A DNA stretch of 63,610 bases, filler included, from Chiloscyllium plagiosum (taxonomy: Eukaryota), in assembly GCF_004010195.1 (NCBI RefSeq). It is 4 parts of one record of this genome, joined end to end, with 100 filler letters (N's around TTAATTAATTAA, not from the genome) between each part and the next. Parts side by side here need not be neighbours in the genome. Positions count along the whole stretch, not along the records: positions 1 to 11,544 come from NC_057713.1; 3 more parts are not named here. One strand, 5' to 3'. Positions 1 to 11,544 of the stretch are shown piece after piece. Position 1 is the first letter of the stretch. Each line of letters opens with the position of its first letter. The notes under the pieces are model-generated. The model was not told the origin of the DNA. It made no database searches and was given only the letters and a program-made list of their open reading frames with translations. The position numbers and the translations under genes are program-made.

Positions 1-240
1 ATGGGTCGGCCGGGGCAGTCAGGTTTGTGGATTTTGGGCAGGAGGTAGAAGCGGGAGGTGCGGGGTTGTGGGACTATGAGGTTGGAGGCGGTGGATGGGA
101 GATCACCCGAGGTGATGAGGTTATGGACGGTCTGGGAGATAATGGTTTGGTGGTGGGGGGTGGGGTCCTGGTCAAGGGGGCAGTAGGAGGAGGTATCTGC
201 GAGCTGGCGTTTGGCCTCAGCGGTGTAGAGGTCGGTGCGA
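1..240 (-). mobile_element. Penelope-like element reverse-transcriptase fragment
   Basis: Minus strand translates as ...AKRQLADTSSYCPLDQDPTPHHQTIISQTVHNLITSGDLPSTASNLIVPQPRTSRFYLLPKIHKPDCPGRP. This contains the PLE RT 'LPKIHK..P.RP' motif and runs off the window start. Confidence 0.85.
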
Positions 241-266
241 CCCAAATGGCCTACTCCTGCTCCTAG

Positions 267-386
267 GGGAGAAAGTGAGGTCTGCAGATGCTGTTCACTC
301 CTGAAGAAGGGCTTATGCCCGAAACGCCGATTCTCCTGCTCCCTGGATGCTGCCTGACCTGCTGCGCTGTTCCAGCAACACATTTT
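267..386 (+). mobile_element. Short PLE terminal-repeat (pLTR, family A) insertion with inverted 5' arm and mutated hammerhead core
   Basis: 16-bp direct repeat CTACTCCTGCTCCTAG at 251-266 and 387-402. Core CTGAAGAAGGGCTTATGCCCGAAACGCC near 300-328 has GUC changed to GCC. Confidence 0.8.
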
Positions 387-930
387 CTACTCCTGCTCCT
401 AGTTTTGCATGTTCTCACGCAGAATGATGGTGTCCATCGAGACTTGCAGCCTTTCTGCATTACTGCCCGACTGCAACCCTGAGTCGGAGTGTATCCTGTC
501 GCACAGAAACCTCCTGACTCCAGCAGAACATGCTGCTGTTGTGCCGATATGAACACTCAGCAGTTGGCATTTTATCAGACCACAGCTAACTTTCACATCA
601 AGGTAGCCGGAGATATTTATAGCCCAGCAATCTCTTGGCTGTGAATGAAATTGATTGTTCTCTCTCATCAAACATTCTGAGGCATTTCTGGGCCCCAGTT
701 GGAATGAACTTTCGAATGACCTAATCCTGCAACAATTTTTCAAGGGTCCAAGTGTCCTCTGAGGCGTGCAAAACTGGAGCCTACCCTCAACACCCTCTCT
801 GGATAGCCAAGCGGGAAATGCCATATGACAAGTTGATGTTAATTATAATAAAAGGGCAGATCTAGAGGAGAGAGAGGGATCACAGAGGCTTCACTGCTTT
901 TATCTCATCATTTCTAAGCAAAGCCTCAAG

Positions 931-1245
931 TAGCAGTGATTAGCACCGCTGCCTCACAGCGCCAGGGACCTGGGTTTGAGTCCACCCTCGGGCAACTGTC
1001 TGTATGGAGTTTGCACATTCTCCCTGGGTTTGCATGGGTTTCCTCCCCCAGTCCAATTTGTGCAGGTTAGGGTGGATTGGCCATGCTGACTTGCCCATCG
1101 TGTTGAGGGCTGTGCAGGCTAAGTGGGTTTGCTATGGGATTTGCAGGGATAGGCTAGAGGGGGCTGGTCTGGGTGGGATGCTCTTTGGAGGGCCAGTGTG
1201 GACTTGATGGGCCAAATGGCCTGCTTCCACACTGTAGGGATTCCA
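931..1245 (+). mobile_element. HE1-like V-SINE (tRNA-derived)
   Basis: tRNA-like head TTAGCACCGCTGCCTCACAGCGCCAGGGACC, central GGAGTTTGCACATTCTCCC domain, CR1-like tail CCACACTGTAGGGATT. Confidence 0.8.
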
Positions 1246-1359
1246 TTAGATACTTAATGTCATTCATATAGGCAAGGGTGATTGGCTGGAGTGGCATCCT
1301 AAGACTTATTTATATATATTTTCTTACGTTTCCCTTTCTGAAGAGTCAGTCAGGGAGGA

Positions 1360-1600
1360 TAGAAACATAGAAACTAGGTGCAGGAGTAGGCCATTCGGCC
1401 CTTCAAGCCTGCTCCACCATTTAATATGCTCATGGCTGATCATCCAACTCAGTCCCCTGTTCCCACTTTCTCCCCATACCCCTTTAGCCCAAAGAACTAA
1501 ACCTAACTCCTTCTTGAAAATATCCAATGCTTTGGCCTCAACTGCTTTCTGTGGCAGAGAATTCCACAGGCTCACCACTCCCTGGATGAAGACATTACTC
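1360..1600 (-). mobile_element. CR1 LINE 3' end
   Basis: Minus ORF VVSLWNSLPQKAVEA..L.IFKKEL (CR1 ORF2 C-terminus) followed by a TTTCTATG-type tail. Confidence 0.8.
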
Positions 1601-1602
1601 AT

Positions 1603-1735
1603 CTTTTGCTGTGTGGAAAATTAGCTGCACATTTCCTACATTACTACAGAGGCTGCACTTCCACAAGTGTCCAGTTGGCTGTGCAGTTGCTTTGGGATGA
1701 TTTGAAAGGTGTCATACAAATGCAAGTCCTTTTTC
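1603..1735 (+). mobile_element. DeuSINE (SacSINE1/AmnSINE1-like) Deu-domain and 3' remnant
   Basis: TTGCTGTGTGGAAAATTAGCTGCACATTTCCTACATTAC...TTGGCTGT...CTTTGGGA...TGAAAGG...AAATGCAAGT resembles the Deu domain plus tail as I recall it; not aligned. Confidence 0.55.
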
Positions 1736-3210
1736 AGTCACGTTACCAGATCTCCTAATAAAAGTCTCTAATGGTCTGTTAAGACCATTAAGTGGAGGAG
1801 TGGAGGTAGGCCATTCAGCCCATCGAGTTTGTTCCACCATTCAATGAGACCATCTGATAATCCTCAACTCCACTCTCCTGCCTTTTAAGAGAAAGTATTT
1901 CGGGATGGGTTTGGTGTTGGTAGGTCGTTCTGGACTTGATGAGTTGACAGTCCTTTTCTGTGCTGTGTAATACTACAATTTGCCACCAACTCAAGGTAAT
2001 TAGGATAGGACACCATAAGTCAGCTCAGTAAGTTAGGTTCTGAGGATTATCTCAGGTAAGACAGTGAAGAAGCTAATTGAAAGTATTCCAGAGCTTGGGG
2101 GTCCTGAGAAATGAAAATGCAACCACCAGTAGTGAAGGAACAAAAATCAATGTTGCACGAGATGCCAGTATTGGAGAGATGTAGAGGTGTCAATAGGCTG
2201 CAAGGCTGGACAATGTTGCAGAGATTGGGATAGGTGAGAGGGAAAGATCTGAAGGTAAGGGTGAGTACATTAAAATTGAAGCCTTCCTCGACTATGGCGA
2301 TGGAACAGTGTGCAAGTCTGGATATGGTTCTGACAGCATTCATGATAATGGAAAACCCATACATGTCAATGTCAATGACTGGGTTCATATTGAAAACCTT
2401 AGATTTATTATACTTCACCTGACATCTAGCAGTTTATAATTCCATGCATCCTAAATCAAACTGCTTCATCTGCTGAAACAATTTCTCTCACAGTAGTTAA
2501 CACTCACAATAACAATACTTGGTTCCTCCTAGTTCAAAACCAACAATTCATTAATGGTCGAGGTGAGAATATGGGGATAATAAGTAAGTTTGAAGATGAC
2601 ACAAAGATTGGTCAGCCGGTAGACAGTGTACAGGAAGGTTGCAGGAGGATGTGGTGGCAGGTGGAAATTAACCCTAATAAAAGGTAGAAGACAGAGGGTG
2701 GTGGTGGAGGGTTGTTTTTCAGACTGGAGGCCTGTGACCAATGGAGTGCCACAAGGATCGGTGCTGGGTCCTCTACTTTTTGTCATTTACATAAATGATT
2801 TGGATGCGAGCATAAGAGGTAGAGTTAGTAAGTTTGCAGATGACACCAAAATTGGAGGTGTAGTGGACAGCGAAGAGGGTTACCAACAGGATCTGGATCA
2901 GATGGCCAATGAGAAATGGCAGGTGGAGTTTAATTCAGATAAATGCGAGGTGCTGCATTTTGGGAAAGCAAATCTTAGCAGGACTTATACACTTAATGGT
3001 AAGGTCCTAGGGAATGTTGCTAAACAAGGAGACCTTGCATGCAGGTCCATAGCTCCTTGAAAGTGGAGTCGCAGGTAGATAGGATAGTGAAGGCAGTGTT
3101 TGGATTGCTTTCCTTTATTGGTCAGAGTACTGAGTACAGGAATTGGGAGGTCATGTTGCGGCTGTACAGGACATCAGTTAGGCCACTGTTGGAATATTGC
3201 TTCCTTCCTA

Positions 3211-3420
3211 TCAGAGCTGAAAATGTGTTGCTGGAAAAGCGCAGCAGGTCAGGCAGCATCCAAGGAACAGGAGAATCGACGTTTCGGGCATAAGCCCTTC
3301 TTCAGGAATATGCCCGAAACGTCGATTCTCCTGTTCCTTGGATGCTGCCTGACCTGCTGCGCTTTTCCAGCAACACATTTTCAGCTCTGATCTCCAGCAT
3401 CTGCAGCCCTCACTTTCTCT
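3211..3420. mobile_element. Palindromic PLE pLTR (family A) insertion
   Basis: 3211-3290 and 3310-3390 are inverted copies. Direct repeat TCCTTCCTATCAGA at 3202-3215 and 3420-3433. Confidence 0.85.
3274..3309 (-). ncRNA. Minimal type I hammerhead ribozyme motif
   Basis: Minus strand AUUC-CUGAAGA-A-GGGC uuau GCCC-GAAAC-GUC-GAUU; core nucleotides intact. Confidence 0.75.
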
Positions 3421-3925
3421 CCTTCCTATCAGAAGGATGTTGTGAAACTTGAAAGGGTTCAAAAAAAATTAACAAGGATGTTGCCAGGGTTGGAGAATTT
3501 GAGTTATAGGGAGAGGCTGAATAGGCTGGGGTTGTTTTCCCTGGAGCGTCGGAGGCTGAGGGGTGACCTTATAGAGGTTCATAAAATCATGAGGGGCATG
3601 GATAGGGTAAATAGACAAAGTCTTTCCCTGGGGTGTCCAGAATTAGAGGGCATAGGTTTAGGGTGAGAGGGGAAAAATATAAAAGAGACCTAAGGGGCAG
3701 CTTTTTCACACAGAGGGTGGTGCATGAATGGAATGAGCTGCCAGAGGATGTGGTGGAGGCTGGTACAATTGCAACATTTAAAATGCATCTGGGATGGGTA
3801 TATTAATAGGAAGGGTTTGGAGGGATATGGGCCGGGTGCTGGCAGGTGGGACTAGATTGGGTTGGGATATCTGGTCGGCATGGACAGGTTGGACCGAAGG
3901 GTCTGTTTCTGTGCTGTACATCTCA

Positions 3926-4683
3926 ATGTGAGGTAATGCATTTTGGAAAAAGTAACAAGACAAACGGGGTACTCCATTAATGGTAGGACACTAGGGAGCT
4001 CCGAGGAGCAACGGGTTCTTGGATTATCTGTTCACAGATCCCTGAAGGTGGCAGGATGGGTTAATAGGGGAGTCATACAGGATGCTTGCCTTTATCAGTT
4101 GTTTATTGGATTATAAGAGCAGGAAGGTTATGTTGGAGATGTATAGGATTTTGGTGAGGCCACAGCTGGAGTACTGTGTGTAGTTCTGGTCCCCACACTG
4201 TAGGAAGGATGTGACTGCACTGGAGGGGGTGCAGAGGGAGATACCCCAGGATGGTGCTTGGGATGGAGCATCTCAGTAATTGAGAGAGGCTGGATAATCT
4301 CGGGCTGTTTTCTTTGGAGCAGAGAAGGTTGAGGGGGTCACCTGATAAAGCAGTACGTGATTATGAGGGGCATGGACAGGGCGGGTAGAAAGCAGCTGTT
4401 CCCCTTAGCTGAAACATCAGTAACAAGGAGTTTAACTTTAAGGTGAAATGTGGGAGGTTTAGAAAAAACTCAGAGAAATCTTTTCACCTGGAGGGTGGTG
4501 GGGGTCTGGAATGCACTGCCTGGGAGGGGAGATCAGGCAGAAATTTCACAACCTTGGATGAGCACTTAGTGTCCTAACGTTCAAGTGTTGGAAAGTGGGA
4601 CTAAGGTAGGTAGTGGGTATAGTTTTGTCACTACAGACTTGATGGGTGGTAAGGCCTTATCTGTACTGTATGATTCTATGATT
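3926..4683 (+). mobile_element. CR1 LINE 3' part (second, older family)
   Basis: TGTGAGGTAATGCATTTTGG, GTGAGGCCACAGCTGGAGTACTG, TGGAATGCACTGCC and a TATGATTC tail; same family as 26600-27390. Confidence 0.85.
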
Positions 4684-4879
4684 TTGTGAAATGAATCTTG
4701 CCCTCATGTGATTGAACTAATGAGTCCATTCTTTAGAGGGATGCAAACTATGAGGAAATAAGCTATTAAAACAAATGAGTTTTATAAATTAATGAATAAT
4801 CCTACGCCCAGTGTTTTTCACAGCCTCCTCTTCCCTACAGCCATATTAAATGGTGAGATTGGCCTGATGGACTAATTGG

Positions 4880-5037
4880 AGGAGAAAGTGAGGTCTGCAG
4901 ATGCTGGAGAACAAAGTTGAAACTTTATTGCTGGAACAGCACAGCAGGTCAGGCAGCATCCAGGGAACAGGAGATTCGACGTTTCGGGCACAGGCCCTTC
5001 TTCAGGAATGAGCAGAGAGTGTTCAGCAGGAGAAGAT
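4880..5037 (-). mobile_element. PLE pLTR (family A), left arm of composite block
   Basis: Starts with the AGGAGAAAGTGAGG terminus; 4915-5037 is the reverse complement of 8277-8399 with one mismatch. Confidence 0.9.
4974..5009 (-). ncRNA. Minimal type I hammerhead ribozyme motif
   Basis: Minus strand AUUC-CUGAAGA-A-GGGC cugu GCCC-GAAAC-GUC-GAAU; stem I AUUC/GAAU pairs perfectly. Confidence 0.8.
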
Positions 5038-5350
5038 GGAAAATGAAGTGTTGTTCTTTGAACTTGCGTTAAGGAACACTGCAACAGATCTGGGACAGAA
5101 ATGTTGGTGTAGGAACACAGTGGTGTGTTGAAGTGGAGGCAGTGGGAAACTCTGGGTCATGTTTTACAGACAGAGTGTAGGTGTTCAGCAAAGCGGTCAT
5201 CAAATCTGTGTTTCATCTCCCCCGATATACAGGAGACCACATTCTGAGCAGTGAATGAAATAAATGAGTTGAGAGAAGTGCAGGTAAGCTGCTGCTTCAC
5301 CTGGAAGGTGTGCCTGAGGCCTTGGATACTGAGGTTGGAGGAAGTAAATC
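5038..5350 (-). mobile_element. Old Penelope-like GIY-YIG endonuclease remnant
   Basis: Minus strand LIYFIHCSECGLLYIGEMKHRFDDRFAEHLHSV, a PLE GIY-YIG motif with C-x2-C; frameshifted. Confidence 0.8.
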
Positions 5351-5479
5351 GGCAAGTAAGTCACCTTGTGCAAGACCAACCCCTTCCCACAAACGTCACT
5401 TCAATATATTACCACCTTTCCTGAGCTGTTAACAGTTCTGATGAAGAATCGCCAGACTCGAAATATTATCTTGCTTTCA

Positions 5480-7170
5480 AAGAACACAGAACATTACAGC
5501 ACAGTCCAGGCTCTCTGACCCTCAATGTTGTGCTGACCTGTGAAACCAGCCTGAAGCTGAACTAACCTGCATTGTTGCATTATCATCCATATGTTTATCC
5601 AATGGCCATTTAAAAAGACATTAAAGTCGGTGAGTCTACTACAGTTGCAGGCAGGGAGTTTCACGCCATTACTACTCTCTGAGTAAAGAAACTACCCCTC
5701 TGACATCTGTCCTATATCTATCACCGCTCAATTTAAAGCTATGTCCTCTCATGCTAGCCATCACTATCCGAGGAAAACGTCTCTCTCTGCTAACACTATC
5801 TAATCCTCTGATCATCTTTCACATCTCTATTAAGTCACCTCTCAACCTCTTCCTTCTAACGAAAACAGCCTCAGGTCACTCAGTCTTTCCTCAGAAGACC
5901 TTCCTTCCATACCAGACAATATCCTCATAAATCTCCTCTGCATCTTTTCCAAAACTTACACATCCTTCCTATAATGTGGTAACCAGAACTGTACGCAATA
6001 CTCCAAGTGCGGCCACACCATAGTTTCCTACAGCTGCAACATAACCCCATGGTTCATATGCCTTCTTAACAATCCTATTAACCTGGGTGGCAACTTTCAG
6101 GGATCTATGTACATGGACACGGAGATCTTTCTGCTCATCCACACTGCAAGAACCTTACCATTACCCCAGTACTCTGTATTACTGTTACTTCTTCCAAAAT
6201 GAATCACCTCACACTTTTCTGCATTAAACTCCATTTGCCACCTTTCAGCCCAACTCTGCAGCTTATCTATGTCCCTCTGTAAGCAGCAATATCCTTCAGC
6301 ACTGTCCACAGCTCGACCGACCTTAGAGTCATTTGTAAATTTACTAACCCATCCTTCTACGCCATCATCCAGGTCATGTATAAAAATGACAAACAGCAGT
6401 GGCCCCTAAACAGATCCTTATGGTATACCACTAATAACTGAACACCAGGATGAACATTTGCCACCACCACTCTCTGTCTTCTTTCAGCTAACCAATTTCT
6501 GATTCATACCACTAAATCACCCTCAATCCCATACCTCCATATTTACTGCAACAGCTTACCATGGGGAACCTTATCAAACGCTTTACTGAAATCCATGTAC
6601 ACCACATCAACCACTATACCCTCATTCATCTTCTCAACCATCTCAATAAGCTTTGCGAGGCACGACCTGCCCTTCACAAAACTGTGTTGACTATCCCTAA
6701 TCAAATTGTTCCTTTCTAGTTAATAATAAATCCTATATCTTATAATTCTTTCCAGCACTTTACCCACAACTGAAGTAAGGCTCACTGCTCTATAATTACC
6801 AAAGTTGTCTCTACTCCCCTTCTTGAACAAGGGGACAACATTTGCTATCTTCCAGTCTTCTGGCACAATTTCTGTCGACAATGACGACATAAAGATCAAA
6901 GCCAAATGTTCTGCAATCTCCTTCCTGGCTTCCCAGAGAATCTGAGGATAAATCACATCCGGCCCAGGGGACTTATCTATTTTCACACTTTCCAGAATTG
7001 CTAACACCTCCTCCTTACGAACCTCAGTCCCATCTCATCTAATAGCCTGTACCTCAGTGTTCTCCTCAACAACATTGTCTCTTTCCAGTGTAAATACTAA
7101 TGAAAAATATTCATTTAGCACCTCTCCTATCTCCTCGGACTCCAAGCACAAATTCCCACTCCTGTCCTTT
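5480..7170 (-). mobile_element. CR1 LINE ORF2 (RT) remnant
   Basis: KSPGPD.IYP.IL.EA..EIAE.L..IF, PEDWKIANVVPLFKKG, LQRDIDKLQSWAERWQMEFNAEKCEVIHFG motifs. Confidence 0.92.
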
Positions 7171-7750
7171 CTTCTCACAGATGCTACCATATCAGCAGAG
7201 TCTCTGCAGAAATTTCTGTTTTGTTTCCAATCTCCAGCATTCGCTGTTGTGTTTTAATTCCCAAATGAGCCTGACTTTACAAGCAAATGTGACTGACTGA
7301 GTTCCAGCTGACAAAGAGGGAAGGAGCAGAAAAGCTGGGTGACTGGTTGGCCAATAAAATCTGAGTGCTTTGCTGAAGCATGCAAATATTTTTCAAAGCA
7401 CAACATCTGTCAGACAAATAAGTCATTTGTTTAATCTCCGCAAAGAACTATTCAATGCTGATGGCTTGTGAAGGCTTATGATGCTGGGAGCTTAGCTTCA
7501 GTAATGTGTGTAAGATCCTTTCATTGTTCTAAATACCTACAGTGTGGCTGTTAGAAGATGCAGCTTGTGGGCTGTTACATCCACATTTCTGTCAAGTCCT
7601 AATGATATGTTAAAAGCCAAAAGAACTGCGGCTGCTGTAAATCAGAAACAAAAACAGAAATTGTTGGAGAGACTCTGCTGGTATGGTAGCATCTGTGGGT
7701 TCTGAGGCTCAGTCGACCCAAAACGTTTCTCTTCACAGATGCTGCCAGCT
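7170..7750. mobile_element. Two oppositely oriented PLE pLTR fragments (family C) around ~350 bp of unique DNA
   Basis: CACAGATGCTACCATATCAGCAGAGTCTCT (7176-7205) versus AGAGACTCTGCTGGTATGGTAGCATCTGTG (7668-7697). Confidence 0.6.
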
Positions 7751-8099
7751 CTAATGCTATGTTCTAGGTTCAGTTACAGAAAGCAAGCAAGCAGGCTCTT
7801 GCTCAAAGTTTTCTCCGCCTCTCGTTCCTTTACCTCATAAAGGATAAAGCTGGATGGGATGCTGAGACATTTTCTTATTTGGTGAGGGATCCACTGGGAA
7901 TGATAACTAAGCAGAGATACTTGCCATGTGTTCAGTGTGTCGGTCTCTGCTGTCTGCTTTGCCTGGAGCTGCTGCTTCCATTATGCGCCTGGGACCCATG
8001 ATTTTCATCGCAACTCACTCTGTGATTATCTTTTTGAATTGAGACTCAACAGCATTTGGCAAGATTTAACAATGTTACTCAGGGCTGGCAACACAGAAA

Positions 8100-8268
8100 C
8101 AAAGTTAAAAATCAGACAACACTAGGTTATAGTTCAACAGATTTATCAGCTACCTGATGAAGGAGCAGTGCTCCGGAAGCTAGTGCTTCCAAATAAACCT
8201 GTTGGACTATAACCTAGTGTTGTCAGATTTTTAACTTTGCCCACCTTAGTCCAACACCGGCACCTCCC
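8100..8268 (+). mobile_element. PLE pLTR (family B) with inverted 5' arm and degenerate hammerhead core
   Basis: 8100-8146 is inverted relative to 8194-8239. Core CTGATGAAGGAGCAGTGCTCCGGAAGCTA has GAAA changed to GGAA. Confidence 0.7.
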
Positions 8269-8397
8269 TACCTTTTATCTTCTCCTGCTGAACACTCTCT
8301 GCTCATTCCTGAAGAAGGGCCCGTGCCCGAAACGTCGAATCTCCTGTTCCCTGGATGCTGCCTGACCTGCTGTGCTGTTCCAGCAATAAAGTTTCAA
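8268..8397 (+). mobile_element. PLE pLTR (family A), right arm of composite block
   Basis: Inverted copy of 4915-5037, followed by the direct repeat CTGATGGACTAATTGG (8398-8413 = 4864-4879). Confidence 0.9.
8305..8340 (+). ncRNA. Minimal type I hammerhead ribozyme motif
   Basis: AUUC-CUGAAGA-A-GGGC ccgu GCCC-GAAAC-GUC^GAAU; predicted cleavage after 8336; stem III is only the palindrome ACGU. Confidence 0.8.
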
Positions 8398-8769
8398 CTG
8401 ATGGACTAATTGGTCTACTCCTGTTCCTATGTTGTGGAAGGGTTAGGGAGTGCCTCAGGAACAGTGGTGGATATTACAATCATAAAGTCTGTCCTCTCTC
8501 ATACATTGTGTATCACAAGGCGAGTAATTGGAAGCTCTAAAGCATTCAGGAGAGCTGGGCTTCTTAAACTACATTGTGCTTGCACTGGCATTCTGATACC
8601 TGACACAGCATTGCAAACACTTCAAGATTAAACATCACAAAGCTGTCAGCGTTACTGATTGACAGAGCACAGACACAGGCATATGTGCTGTTCTTTGACA
8701 GAGTTATCTGACGAGACATAGCTTCATGCTCCCCATGGTGGCCTATAGACAGCAGTTAGAATCCCAAAG

Positions 8770-9018
8770 AGCCTGTTTCCACACTGTAGGGAATCTAATC
8801 TAACCTACGTATCCCTGAACACTACGGGCAATTTAGCATGACCAATTCATCTGACCTGCACATCTTTGGACTGTGGGAGGAAACCGGAGCACCCGGAGGA
8901 AACCCACGCAGAAACGGGGAGAACTGTGTGCAAACTCCACACAGACAGTCGCCTGAGGCTGGAATTGAACTTGGGACCCTGGGGCTGTGAGGCAGTAGTG
9001 CTAACCATTGAGCCACCA
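8770..9018 (-). mobile_element. HE1-like V-SINE
   Basis: Reverse complement GGTGGCTCAATGGTTAGCAC..GGTTCAATTCC (A/B boxes) plus V-domain. Confidence 0.88.
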
Positions 9019-9034
9019 TGCAGCAGCTCTGGAA

Positions 9035-9330
9035 TAAAAGGTCATAGTTTTAGAATAAGGGGTGAGGGAAGATTTAAAAAAGAGAGATGAGGAGAAATTG
9101 CTTCTGTCAAAGAGCAATGAATCTGTGGAACTCGCTCCCCCAGAGTGTGGTGGATGCTGGGACATTGAGTAAATTTAAGGAGGAGACAGAGAGATTTTTA
9201 ATCAGTAACTTGTTGAAGGGCTATGGGGAGCGGGCAGGAAAGTGGAGTTGAGCCTGAGGTGAGATCAGCCATGATTGTATTACAGGGTGAAGCAAGCACG
9301 AGGGCGTCTTGCGCCTAGATCTTATGTTCT
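9035..9330 (+). mobile_element. CR1 LINE 3' end
   Basis: GATGAGGAGAAAT..CTGTGGAACTCGCT..TTTAAGGAGGAG..GATCAGCCATGA pattern. Confidence 0.75.
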
Positions 9331-9947
9331 TACCCTTTTCACGTATTTAGTCAAGTCCCTTTTGAATCTGTTTCCACCGCCCTTTCAGTCACTGTATTCC
9401 ACATCACAGCATCTTACTGTGTCGAAAGACATTTTCATGTCATCGCAGCGTTTTTTGCCAATGACCTTTATAACAGGGTTCTGAAGAATGGCCCCTGGAC
9501 CCGAAACGAAAACTCTGTTTCTCTCCTCGCAGATGCAGCCTGGCCCACTGAGCATTCTCTGTGCTCGCTTCAGATTTCCAGCAGCTTCAGTATTTTGCCT
9601 GAATCCTTTTGGATGGGTGTCTTCTGATTACTGGGTCTTCTGCCATAGGGAAGAGTTGCTCCTTATTGACTCTCTCAAACGTTCGTGATGTCGAACGCAC
9701 CAATCAAAAGATCTGAGTCCCCATATCTACACAGGACTGAAACCTCTCACTCCAGTAACAGCCTGCTAAATCTCCCTGAGGCTTCTCAGAGGCTGGACAT
9801 CTCCCCTGGTGTGTGGTAACTGGAAGCAAACACAATGTTTGAATTGAGGCCTAGCCAGTTTTCTGTAGAGGCTCAGCAGAGCGTTCTTGCTTTTATACTC
9901 GTTTCCCAAATTCAAAGATTCCACGTAGTTTTTCCTGACATTATTTC

Positions 9948-10742
9948 AACGAGCCACCACACACTGCAGCACAGAGGAACTACGCAGAGCAGAGGAAAAT
10001 CACCTATACCGTGTATTCAAAAAGAATGGGTTCCCAATGAACACAGTCCACCGATTTCTCAGCAACAAACCCAAACAAACAGACAAAACACGTCCAGAAA
10101 CCCTAGCCACTCTCCCCTATGTCAAAGACATCTCAGAAATGACTGCCAGATACCCTTGACATCATGGGAGCTCACAAATCCACCAACACACTAAAACAGC
10201 AGCTAATGAACTTGAAAGACCCTATACAGACAACGAGCAAAACTAATGTCATTTACAAAATACCCTGCAAGGACTGCAACAAACACTACATTGGACAAAC
10301 AGGTAGAAAACTAGCCACCAGGATACATGAACATCAACTAGCCACAAAAAGACATGACCCTCTCTCACTAGTATCCTCACATGTGGATGAGGAAGGACAC
10401 CACTTCAACTGGGACAACACATCCATCCTAGGACAAACCAAACAGAGACGCACACGAGAATTCCTAGAAGCATGGCATTCCAACCAGAACTCTTATTAAC
10501 AAACACATCGAGTTAGACCCCACCTACCATCCCCTGAGAAAAAGAACAGGAAATAACATCACCACAGGAAATGACATCACCACCAGAAATGACATCACCA
10601 ACCCAAAGAAACCCAAACATATAAATAGAAAGCAGGAATTATCAATAGTGCTTCGCCCAGAGGCCTACTGAAGATGTTATCTAGTAGGGCAACGAAATGT
10701 CTGGAAATGAACCTTCCAGCTCAGCGAGCAAGCCTACATCCT
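9948..10742 (+). mobile_element. Penelope (Poseidon-like) element 3' part: GIY-YIG endonuclease plus pLTR with hammerhead core
   Basis: ORF 10164-10499 NVIYKIPCKDCNKHYIGQTGRKLATRIHEH..H.FNW..ILG..REFLEAWH. Core CTGAAGA-TGTTATC..GGGCAAC-GAAATGTC at 10668-10701. Confidence 0.92.
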
Positions 10743-11297
10743 GAAATTGTACAACTTAGTTCATCTTACTCTCCTAACAAAATTAAAGATCTATTCTTAA
10801 GTTAATTAAGTTACTCTTTGATGGGCACTAGCAGTGTTACCAAGGAATTTCATACCCAACCCTAGTTGCCCTTAAACTGAATGGATTCCTAGACCATTTC
10901 AGAGGGCAGTTGAGAGTTCTGAAGAAAGATCAGTGGACTTATAATGTTAACTGTGTGTCTCACCCACAGATGCTGCCAGACCTTCTGAGTTTCTCCAGCA
11001 TTTTCCATTTCTGTTTGTTTAAGAGTTGATTTGATTTGCTATTATTGTCACATGTACCTAGGTGCAGTGGGGAGCTTTGTTTTGCGTGCAGCACGGGGAG
11101 ATGATACCATATAAACATCAAAGGGTGATAGAACAGGTTAAGGAATACAATGTTTTGACTGCAAAGAAGGTGCGCATTGTTCATAATTTTAACAGACTTA
11201 GAATTGAGTTTAAAAGTCTAGAATAATTATAAGAAATGTGAGAATAAGATCTGCTGTAGAGAGCTTGCAAAGAGTCAACCTGTGTCAGCACCCTCTT

Positions 11298-11544
11298 AGA
11301 ACATAGAACATAGAAAAGTACAGCACAGAACAGGCCCTTAGGCCCACGACGTTGTGCCGAGATTTAATCCTAATGTAAAATATAGTAACTTAACCTACGC
11401 ACCCCTCAACTCACTGCTATCCATGTGCATGTCCAGCAGTCACTTAAATGTCCCCAATGACTTAGCTTCCACCACCACAGCTGGCAACGTATTCCATGCA
11501 TTCACAACTCTCTGCATAAAGAACCTACCTCTGATGTCTCCTTT
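11298..11544 (-). mobile_element. CR1 LINE 3' end (same family as 45003-45840)
   Basis: Near-identical reverse complement of 45594-45838 with a (TTCTATG)n tail; ends at a gap. Confidence 0.9.

Larger units (their letters stand above)
2678..3925 (+). mobile_element. CR1 (HER1-like) LINE, 5'-truncated RT and 3' end, interrupted by a PLE insertion
   Basis: GVPQGSVLGPLLFVIYINDL..SKFADDTK, LERVQKKLTRMLPGL, RRLRGDLIEV motifs, with frameshifts. Confidence 0.95.

Noticed and set aside
399..824. 141-aa minus-strand ORF in non-repeat sequence
   Set aside because: No recognisable domain or splice structure; length is compatible with chance.
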